DNA of 36,852 bases from a virus (lineage: Duplodnaviria > Heunggongvirae > Uroviricota > Caudoviricetes), in the IMG/VR virus record IMGVR_UViG_2537561875_000003, one strand, 5' to 3'. Under the pieces are notes generated by a model that made no database searches, was not told the origin of the DNA, and was given only the letters and a program-made list of their open reading frames with translations. Below, piece by piece: positions 8,664 through 15,192 of this stretch (its first letter is position 1; every line of letters begins with the position of its first letter). Made by a program: the position numbers and the translations under genes.

Positions 8664-8744
8664 GGTGGTGAGCTGAACAGGGTTGGCGTAACCGGCGTAC
8701 AAGGTAACCGGCGCGGATTTCTCCGCCCCCATCCAACTCACCAT
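8664..8744 (-). ncRNA. P4 CI / P1 C4-like immunity antisense RNA (~81 nt)
   Basis: 5' GGTGAGTTGGATGGGG pairs with 3' CCCTGTTCAGCTCACC; inner hairpin GCGGA-GAAA-TCCGC; unpaired ACGCCAA (8683-8689) is complementary to TTGGCGT upstream (8857-8863) and downstream (8650-8656). Confidence 0.75.
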
Positions 8745-8809
8745 AACTCTGCAAGCGGCACGGATTATAACCGCAGCGCTGAAAAAAGGGTGAGCGAATG
8801 TGAGGACAC

Positions 8810-8831
8810 AAAAAAAGACGCTAGGCGCGTC
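8810..8831 (-). terminator. Intrinsic terminator in the immunity leader
   Basis: GACGC-GCCTA-GCGTC followed by T7, between the upstream target site and the CI-like RNA. Confidence 0.65.
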
Positions 8832-9142
8832 ATGTGTCGCCTTGTACTTTTCCAGGACGCCAATCCCGGCACCAGATTTTGCTGGTGCGTTATAACCATA
8901 GACCGGGATGATGTAGAACATCAAGTCCTTTTTTATGGACTCCGAAAACACATTACTGCAGGTGTGATGTCCATCGCGCGTAATTGTCTCGAAACTCCGC
9001 CAGGCATTTTGTACGCCACTATCAGTGGCCCGCAATGTGACAGGTTTTGACAGGTTCACGCGGTGACACACCACCAGCAAAGCTTTAGCTTTTGCATTCA
9101 TCAGGCCAGCCAAAGAGAGGCTTTTACCCTGGACGGTGAAAA

Positions 9143-9322
9143 TCATTGCTTTACCTCCGAGAACTCCTTCATGAAACGCTCAATGGGCTGCACGCAAGGG
9201 AATTGGTAGCCCTTGCGGTAGAACGTCACGCGGTTATGCGCTACAGCGGTCACGTTCACCATCTGGCCGTGAGCGTCGCGGTAGGAGTGATTTGGTAACG
9301 GTGTGCTGGTGGGCTTATTCAT
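9143..9322 (-). CDS. DUF4222-like small protein (59 aa, missing from ORF track)
   Basis: Hand translated MNKPTSTPLPNHSYRDAHGQMVNVTAVAHNRVTFYRKGYQFPCVQPIERFMKEFSEVKQ*; overlaps the antA stop and the next ATG. Confidence 0.7.
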   Translation of the reverse strand: MNKPTSTPLPNHSYRDAHGQMVNVTAVAHNRVTFYRKGYQFPCVQPIERFMKEFSEVKQ

Positions 9323-10124
9323 CGTTAGCCCCCAGACGTTTAGCCAGCCAACGCTGAGAGAGGCGGGTTAATTCCGCTTTACGCTGGCCGTACTCCATGC
9401 CCATATCGATCAGCGTGATGTTTGTACCCTCCAGGTAGCTGAGGTGTTCCAGTTGGGCGGCGCTCATGCTATCGCGCGGTTCGCCGTCGATACCGTTCAC
9501 CTGCGCCCACTGCTTAGCGGTCATGCCACCCAGCACAATACGGGCGATCATGTTGCTTTCATTGCTGTAGTGCCGGGCTTGCGTCTCTTTCCCCTGTTCT
9601 GCCCGGGCAGCATCCAGAGCGGCGCACATCGGCTTGAAGAGGTTGGCAGCACCAATGCGGGCTTTGAGGTGCCGGCGATACTTCGCGGCGATTTCCGGCG
9701 CACTCAGCTGTAGCGCTTCCTCGCACTGGATGAAATAGCGGCGGACGGCGCGCCCCTGTTCATTGCGCTCAACCATTGCCACTTCTTTAGCCATATCCAG
9801 CGAGAGAAGGTAATCATGCTCGATTTGCTGGCGAAATTTTGCGCTCGCCCGTTTTGGTGAGCTCAAATTTTCAACACGGATATAGTCAGTCCCGGCCACA
9901 AATCCGTACTGGTCGATGCGGCCTTTAATCCAGTTGGTAAAGTCGCGGCCCACACCCAGCGCTTTATGCAAATCTCTGGCGCTCGCAATATTGGTTTCGC
10001 GCCCGCCAATTTGGCCGGGAATAACGGGAACGATGGCGGCAAAGTCATTGCCGTTAATTACGCCCGGGTTAACCTTGGGTTGAGGGGCGGCCTCAGAATT
10101 GAATCTGCTTTTTTCGATTTTCAT
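9315..10124 (-). CDS. AntA/AntB-family antirepressor
   Basis: SARDLHKALGVGRDFTNWIKGRIDQYGF..DY..YLLSLDMAKEVAMVERNEQGRAVRRYFIQCE is the AntA signature. Confidence 0.88.
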   Translation of the reverse strand: MKIEKSRFNSEAAPQPKVNPGVINGNDFAAIVPVIPGQIGGRETNIASARDLHKALGVGRDFTNWIKGRIDQYGFVAGTDYIRVENLSSPKRASAKFRQQIEHDYLLSLDMAKEVAMVERNEQGRAVRRYFIQCEEALQLSAPEIAAKYRRHLKARIGAANLFKPMCAALDAARAEQGKETQARHYSNESNMIARIVLGGMTAKQWAQVNGIDGEPRDSMSAAQLEHLSYLEGTNITLIDMGMEYGQRKAELTRLSQRWLAKRLGANDE

Positions 10125-10137
10125 TTTTTCGGCTCCG

Positions 10138-10569
10138 TTATGCGGCGGTGAAGTTGTCCGGGTAGAGGTTCAGAATGTCGGCGATATCCTGCTTTGAAAG
10201 CCCGTAATGTTGGTTGACTGCGGCCATGCGGTTAACGAACTGAATCACCTTCAGCACGTCACCACGGCACGCAAACCTGTAGCGCATGTGCGCACCGATA
10301 CCATCAGGGTTTTTCTCTTCCAAGCGCTCCAGGCAGATATCAAGCTCGCGCTCAAGTTCGCTCGCATAGTTGCGGCCAGATGAGAGTCGGCAATGGCGCA
10401 GGATATCGTTTTCTGTCCACCCACCAGTCCCACAGCGCAGCATATAGGTGCGGGCACGGTGTTTCTTCGGAATGCGCTTTGAGGCTTGAACGGTGTAGGC
10501 TGGTGGCGTAACATCAGATCCGCGAGTATCTGTGTTAGCCGCCTGTAATGGGCGGTTTTCTTTTGGCAT
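10138..10569 (-). CDS. Hypothetical protein, possibly winged-helix; start uncertain
   Basis: TGATG overlap with alpA; basic and helical core. Confidence 0.6.
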   Translation of the reverse strand: MPKENRPLQAANTDTRGSDVTPPAYTVQASKRIPKKHRARTYMLRCGTGGWTENDILRHCRLSSGRNYASELERELDICLERLEEKNPDGIGAHMRYRFACRGDVLKVIQFVNRMAAVNQHYGLSKQDIADILNLYPDNFTAA

Positions 10570-10781
10570 CAGACAACCTCACTACGAGATTCAGCGATGC
10601 GCTGATTGATCCATTCATCCACTTCACTTTCGATAAATGCGATAGAGCGAGAACCAATCTTTACTGGTTGTGGAAAACGTTTTTGCCCAATTAGTCGATA
10701 TAGCCATGCTTTACTATAACCCGTTCGCCGCTGTGCTTCAGCTAATCTGATCAGTGAATTGAAATGATTTTTTACTGGCAT
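10569..10781 (-). CDS. alpA: AlpA-family excisionase/transcriptional regulator
   Basis: LIRLAEAQRRTGYSKAWLYRLIGQKRFPQPVKIGSRSIAFIESEVDEWI; GGAGGAG RBS. Confidence 0.92.
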   Translation of the reverse strand: MPVKNHFNSLIRLAEAQRRTGYSKAWLYRLIGQKRFPQPVKIGSRSIAFIESEVDEWINQRIAESRSEVV

Positions 10782-10800
10782 AACTCCTCCCGCAATCTTA

Positions 10801-10835
10801 GATAGTCATTAGTAGACTTAAGTAGACTTCAGGAG
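10801..10835. repeat. Tandem 10-bp AGTAGACTT-type repeats upstream of alpA
   Basis: GATAGTCATT-AGTAGACTTA-AGTAGACTTC-AGGAG. Confidence 0.7.
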
Positions 10836-10892
10836 GATTGTGCTATTGGCCTGATCTAGTGTTGTGGAGTTTTAAGAAATTCTTTGGAGTTT

Positions 10893-11825
10893 CTAGCGGT
10901 CAATACCGCCTTTCCGAAGCCAATCAATCAGTGATTTATCATCTGCAGGAACTGATACCGTTGGCAATTTTCTTGCTATTTTTTTTCTGAGTTCACTGAT
11001 ACTGCCACTCAAATCACTATTAGTAAAACCAATCTCTTTCAAAATCCCGACGGTAAATTCTGATTGTTTTTTTGTCGTGTTTGTTTTTTTTGCATTATCT
11101 TTCTTAATCATGTCATCAAATGGAATCATTAGATTACTAATAATGTTTTTAATTTGAGTTTTTGTTACATATAGATTATCAAGGCTTAGTGAGATCGGTT
11201 TTTCTTGCTCATACCCCATAAATACAAAATCACCAACTTCATCTAAAGTATCTGCCGGGCGTAAAACAAAAGAGGTTGAATTAAGTGTATGCCTCATGCC
11301 ATTTTCAAATGGAAAGTCTAATGCCTCCAATAACTTAACCATAGTCCTTGTTTCACTACACTCCCCACCGATGACTGGGGGATTTTCTTTATCATAATAA
11401 TCAATTAACCCCATTGTTATGTTCGCAAGTTCCCATAATCCATCAATACGAACATCAAAACCATTTCGTGCGATGGTTGCTTCTGAAAACAATAGAAAAT
11501 CATTCTCTGTTTCCAAATCATAAATCTCTTCAGCATAAACTTTCGATAATGGGTAAGGCTTAATATCACCATAACCTCTACACATTATGTTTGTAGTGTG
11601 TTCTCCATGCATAAGTTCGCATAAAAACATAAGCAATTGTTCTGGTTCCGAAATGGCAGGAACAACCAACATGCCTTTAAGGTCTTGAACTTTAATACAG
11701 ATTTTTATTTTTCGTTCTTCGGCCCAATACAATAAGTCGTCAACCGAGCAATCAAGTAGCTCAGCCGCTCTTGTTATCTTGCAATACTCTAATGTTGGTA
11801 CTTTCTTATAAGTCGAATAATTCAT
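10893..11825 (-). CDS. AT-rich 310-aa hypothetical protein between int and alpA, N-terminal HTH-like segment
   Basis: Long ORF; ITRAAELLDCSVDDLLYWAE resembles a MerR/excisionase-like HTH; visibly more AT-rich than neighbours. Confidence 0.75.
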   Translation of the reverse strand: MNYSTYKKVPTLEYCKITRAAELLDCSVDDLLYWAEERKIKICIKVQDLKGMLVVPAISEPEQLLMFLCELMHGEHTTNIMCRGYGDIKPYPLSKVYAEEIYDLETENDFLLFSEATIARNGFDVRIDGLWELANITMGLIDYYDKENPPVIGGECSETRTMVKLLEALDFPFENGMRHTLNSTSFVLRPADTLDEVGDFVFMGYEQEKPISLSLDNLYVTKTQIKNIISNLMIPFDDMIKKDNAKKTNTTKKQSEFTVGILKEIGFTNSDLSGSISELRKKIARKLPTVSVPADDKSLIDWLRKGGIDR

Positions 11826-11854
11826 TACGCCACCTCACGCCCTCTGATTTTGGC

Positions 11855-11910
11855 GGCTATGCCAGCCCGCAGAGGTGTACGGGTTTTCGGGGATCAGCCT
11901 AGACATAGCC
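11855..11910 (-). ncRNA. Structured RNA downstream of integrase (possible int-alpA-type motif)
   Basis: GGCTATG..CATAGCC closing stem, CTAG/CTGG stem, CCCG-tacacctctg-CGGG hairpin, CTGATCCCCGAAA linker. Confidence 0.45.
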
Positions 11911-11920
11911 TATTCTTTGA

Positions 11921-11950
11921 TCGTCTATCTAAGTCTACTATCGTCTGTAT
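11921..11950. repeat. Inverted cluster of the AGTAGAC 10-bp repeat downstream of int
   Basis: The minus strand reads ATACAGACGA-TAGTAGACTT-AGATAGACGA. Confidence 0.6.
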
Positions 11951-11969
11951 ATACTGTCTATGCATCCAG

Positions 11970-13199
11970 TCAGGCACGTTTCCCGAACGAGCCATGCACC
12001 ACATTTTCACCATTCTCCAGCGCCTGCATATAGTCGGCATACCACTGGAGCATTTCCCGCCGGCCGTCCAGATACTGAGCGTGGTTGTATGTGCCGCGGA
12101 TTGAGTTCTTATCGACGTGGGCCAACTGCGTTTCAATCCAGGCGGTGTTATAGCCCTGTTCATGGAGTATGGTGCTCATAGTGTGCCGGAAGCCGTGACC
12201 AGTCGCTTTACCGTCATAGCCGATTCGTTTAATCACCTGGTTGATGCTGGCCTCACTCATTGGCTTACCGGCATCATTCCGTCCCGGGAAAATATACTTC
12301 CCTCGCCAGGTAAGCTGGTGGATTTCTTCAAGCAGTTCGCGAACCTGAGTTGAGATAGGAACGAGATGCGGCCGCCGCATCTTCATTCGCTCTGCAGGGA
12401 TATTCCAGACCCCCTTATCGAAGTCGATATCAACCCATTCAGAAGCACGGAGCTCAATTGTCCTGAGCCCAGTAAGCATAAGCAGGCGGGTAGCATTTCG
12501 AGTCACCACGCTGCCGCTATAGTCGTTCAAAGCTCGCAGAAAGTCAGGTATTTGTTCAACCGATAAATGAGGGAAGTGTTTTTGCTTTGGTGCTTTTAGA
12601 GTACTGGCGAGATCGACCACGGGATTATGTTCTGCTCTGCCGGTGATGACAGCATAGGTGAAGATCTGCCGGCAGGCTTGACGTGTCTTTTTGAGCTTAT
12701 CAAGTACTCCACGTTGTTCCATCTTGCGAAGAACAGCCAACATATCAACGGGCTTAATATCAGTGATCGACCGGGAGCCAATATAAGGAAAAATATCTTT
12801 TCTCAGATACTCCAGTATGTCACTGGCATAGCCTGCTGACCAGTTCATCGATTTATGTTCATGCCATTCCAGCGCCAGTCTCTCAAAGCTGTTTGATACG
12901 GCCATCGCCCTGGCATGTTTTTTTTCCTGCTTTTCCTGCCCCGGGTCACCACCAGCAGCCAATACTTTTTTAGCCTCTGCTCGTTTTTGACGTGCATCGG
13001 CCAGCGAGACTTCAGGGTATACACCTAAAGCCAACGACTTTTCTTTACCGGCGACCCGGTACTTCAGCCGCCAGTATCGAGCGCCGTTGGGGTTCACCAA
13101 GAGGTAAAGGCCACCGCCATCAGACAGTTTATAGGGTTTGTCCTTAGCTTTAGATGTATCGACCTGGCGGGCTGTAAGCTTCACTTGGGGGTATCTCAT
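11970..13199 (-). CDS. int: P4-family tyrosine integrase, intact
   Basis: KLTARQV..KPYKLSDGGGLYLLV arm-binding domain; catalytic TGLR, HGFR, QLAH, TYNHA. Start may be GTG at 13184. Confidence 0.95.
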   Translation of the reverse strand: MRYPQVKLTARQVDTSKAKDKPYKLSDGGGLYLLVNPNGARYWRLKYRVAGKEKSLALGVYPEVSLADARQKRAEAKKVLAAGGDPGQEKQEKKHARAMAVSNSFERLALEWHEHKSMNWSAGYASDILEYLRKDIFPYIGSRSITDIKPVDMLAVLRKMEQRGVLDKLKKTRQACRQIFTYAVITGRAEHNPVVDLASTLKAPKQKHFPHLSVEQIPDFLRALNDYSGSVVTRNATRLLMLTGLRTIELRASEWVDIDFDKGVWNIPAERMKMRRPHLVPISTQVRELLEEIHQLTWRGKYIFPGRNDAGKPMSEASINQVIKRIGYDGKATGHGFRHTMSTILHEQGYNTAWIETQLAHVDKNSIRGTYNHAQYLDGRREMLQWYADYMQALENGENVVHGSFGKRA

Positions 13200-13254
13200 T
13201 TCATTGAACAGGAATCTACCCCCAAATGTACCCCCACATGAATGTGGATTTCAA
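13186..13254 (-). promoter_or_regulatory. Putative int promoter overlapping integrase arm-type sites
   Basis: TACCCCCA at 13217 and 13229, inverted TGGGGGTA at 13186; -35 TTGAAA (13249-13254), 18-bp spacer, -10 TACATT (13225-13230). Confidence 0.55.
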
Positions 13255-13345
13255 TAGACCATAGTAGACGTTGGGATAATGAAATATTGGAGAATACCGC
13301 GTGTATGCTGGGTTGAGTAGACTTCAGGAGACGTTAAGAGAAGTG
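13253..13345. repeat. Two clusters of AGTAGAC-type 10-bp repeats between att and int
   Basis: AATAGACCAT-AGTAGACGTT (13253-13272); AGTAGACTTC-AGGAGACGTT-AAGAGAAGTG (13316-13345). Confidence 0.65.
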
Positions 13346-13349
13346 AGTA

Positions 13350-13394
13350 TGGCACGCCCTACAGGATTCGAACCTGTGACCTACGGCTTAGAAG
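13350..13394 (-). other. att site: duplicated 3' half of tRNA-Arg(UCU), not a complete tRNA
   Basis: Minus strand CTTCTAAGCCGTAGGTCACAGGTTCGAATCCTGTAGGGCGTGCCA runs from the anticodon loop (CT-TCT-AA) through the T arm (GTTCGAATC) to CCA; the upstream sequence cannot supply a D arm or the 5' acceptor strand. Confidence 0.9.
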
Positions 13395-13704
13395 AAAGTA
13401 GAGCGTTAAATAACACACTGTAATCACACATGTTTTCCGCGTTCGCATCCGGTTTTGTGTCTTTTCGTGTCGTTTGAATACATCCCTGTCTTTATCGTGC
13501 ATTCCTGTCACGCCACAACTACGACACACCCGTCACGCGACTTCTTCCAGGATCAGGATTCCATTTGCGCCATCTCCTGAGATGCCAAAATCTGCGAGCA
13601 GCTATCCAGATCGCAAAATCCCCGGTTTACCTCATCACCGGAAGGACGCATCATTAGCGCGCTAGTTAATCATGTAATTTTCGGTGCGCACCACTCTTTC
13701 ATGG

Positions 13705-14022
13705 TTAAACCGCCAGGCTATCGCCTCGCACATCACAAATGATATGTGTCACGACGCCGGCGACAGTGACATCATCCAGAGCCTCGCCTTCAATCGCTTC
13801 GCCATCTTCGGTTATAAGCGATCGCCCCATCAGCTTTGCAAGCTCAGACCTGCCATCGTATAAAATAATGAGCTGGCTTCCCTGCTTGGGTTTAAGCCCA
13901 ATATCTACTACGACATAACCGCCATCCCTTTCGAAAACGCGGGTGTTAGGGCCGACATTGCAGATCGAGTTAACAGACAACCTTTGCTCGACGTAATCCG
14001 TCGCGGGTGAAGGGAATCCCAT
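13705..14022 (-). CDS. UmuD'/HumD-like protein (105 aa) lacking the catalytic Ser segment
   Basis: Starts MGFPSPATDYVEQR (UmuD' begins GFPSPAADYVEQR) and ends VAGVVTHII; no SGDSM-like motif; TGATG coupling with the upstream gene. Confidence 0.72.
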   Translation of the reverse strand: MGFPSPATDYVEQRLSVNSICNVGPNTRVFERDGGYVVVDIGLKPKQGSQLIILYDGRSELAKLMGRSLITEDGEAIEGEALDDVTVAGVVTHIICDVRGDSLAV

Positions 14023-14261
14023 CAGATGACCCTCCCCATCCCTGCCATCATCCACAGGCGGTTTTCGCTATGGTCCGGCGTCTTATCGACAAAATACGTT
14101 TGTTCCCGCGCGATCCAGGAATTCGCCTCCACCTCGGTAAAATGAATGCCGCGCCGGCGAAGCGCAGTAACGAAGTCGCGGGTGTGAAGGTATTGAAACC
14201 CCTTGGAACTGCGCAAAATGGACTCGCGGAAAGCCGCGGCGATGTCTGACTGTCGAAGCAT
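14022..14261 (-). CDS. 79-aa SOS-inducible hypothetical protein
   Basis: GGAGGG RBS then ATG 14261; first gene after the LexA box. Confidence 0.78.
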   Translation of the reverse strand: MLRQSDIAAAFRESILRSSKGFQYLHTRDFVTALRRRGIHFTEVEANSWIAREQTYFVDKTPDHSENRLWMMAGMGRVI

Positions 14262-14279
14262 GATCTGCCCTCCGATAAA

Positions 14280-14322
14280 TACTGTTTGCATATACAGTAT
14301 TTTTTATCAGAAATAGGATCAA
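14280..14322 (-). promoter_or_regulatory. LexA (SOS) box overlapping a sigma70 promoter
   Basis: taCTGTttgcatatACAGta (CTGT-N8-ACAG, 14282-14297); -35 TTGATC (14317-14322), 17-bp spacer, -10 TACTGT (14294-14299). Confidence 0.88.
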
Positions 14323-14366
14323 TAGAGGTTGCGGCTATCAATTTAAATGACAGCCGCAAGTCTCTA
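14323..14366 (-). terminator. Long hairpin closing the late operon, immediately upstream of the SOS promoter
   Basis: TAGAG/CTCTA, TTGCGGCT/AGCCGCAA and TCA/TGA stems; weak U tract. Confidence 0.5.
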
Positions 14367-14377
14367 CAATCACTGCA

Positions 14378-15187
14378 TTAACCCAAATCGTTAATGCCCC
14401 ACGCAGCGTTCAGATACGCACTGATGCTGTCGATAACAGATGCTACTTCGGCCTGCGTTAGCGCTGCTTCAAAAATCAGTTCCATACCCATGGTGATATC
14501 CGCTCCGGCCGGGTATGCAGCACTGGCATGATGCGATCCAATCCTGATGGTTCTGCCAGTGTATGCCGTCCTGTTAGTTAGCGTTCGCGACCCCTGCCAT
14601 GCAAGCGCCCCTCCCTGCCGCCCACCGATTCGGGCAATGTTGTTATCGCCGTCGATCAGTGACACAAAAGCTGCCCATTTGGTTACGTCATAGTTGGTCG
14701 TGAAGTTATTAATAAGATTGGTCGGCGTGGCATTATTATCCTCAACGAAAGCGCCATAGATCGTGTTAGGCGCAGTGGTCGTATACATAAATGCGAGGCC
14801 ATCACCACGATAAACAATCGGTGACCCTGAGTAATTGTAGTTACCCATCATGAAAGCCTGTTGCTGCTCAGTAGCTGCAGTTGGCTTTACTGGCTTACAG
14901 ATGACGATGTGTGTCTGGTTCCGACTGGACACCCTTCCCGTATCAAAACAGTTGCTGAAATTACAAACGGCGCCAAAGGTCGGGGAGATTGTCGGCGTTC
15001 CTACCATGGTCAGCGGGGTGGTACTATCCGCCAGATTCCTGATGCTCAGTGCAGCATTACCACCCTGAATATGCATCCCTTTCAGACCGGTAGTAACAGG
15101 TAAATCGGGCACCATGAAGTGCCCTTTTTTGGGATGGCTCCCCGGAATAACAATGTCGCCCAGTTTTGGAATATAAATTGTGCTCAT
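14378..15187 (-). CDS. Tail-spike-associated protein, beta-rich, possibly ConA/LamG-like lectin fold
   Basis: 269 aa directly after the SGNH spike; alternating beta-strand pattern and C-terminal IFEAALTQAEV..YL motif. The fold is inferred. Confidence 0.5.
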   Translation of the reverse strand: MSTIYIPKLGDIVIPGSHPKKGHFMVPDLPVTTGLKGMHIQGGNAALSIRNLADSTTPLTMVGTPTISPTFGAVCNFSNCFDTGRVSSRNQTHIVICKPVKPTAATEQQQAFMMGNYNYSGSPIVYRGDGLAFMYTTTAPNTIYGAFVEDNNATPTNLINNFTTNYDVTKWAAFVSLIDGDNNIARIGGRQGGALAWQGSRTLTNRTAYTGRTIRIGSHHASAAYPAGADITMGMELIFEAALTQAEVASVIDSISAYLNAAWGINDLG

Positions 15188-15192
15188 ATTTT

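Larger units (their letters stand above)
3723..13360 (-). mobile_element. P4/PICI-like phage satellite integrated at the 3' end of tRNA-Arg; distal att not found
   Basis: Co-oriented int, alpA, antA, DUF4222, CI RNA/icd, small ORFs, DUF927, ssb and HTH genes directly downstream of a tRNA 3' end. Confidence 0.8.

Noticed and set aside
8514-9050. 178-aa plus-strand ORF over the immunity region
   Set aside because: No motif or RBS; region explained by the minus-strand CI RNA and icd.
11941-11960. LexA box in the satellite (CTGTATATACTG)
   Set aside because: No ACAG at the correct spacing; the sequence belongs to the AGTAGAC repeat cluster.
13350-13394. Functional tRNA-Arg gene
   Set aside because: Only the anticodon loop to CCA is present; there is no 5' acceptor strand or D arm.
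13396-13560. TGTC/GTCAC-rich motifs as prophage integrase arm sites
   Set aside because: Plausible by position but too degenerate to define a consensus by eye.
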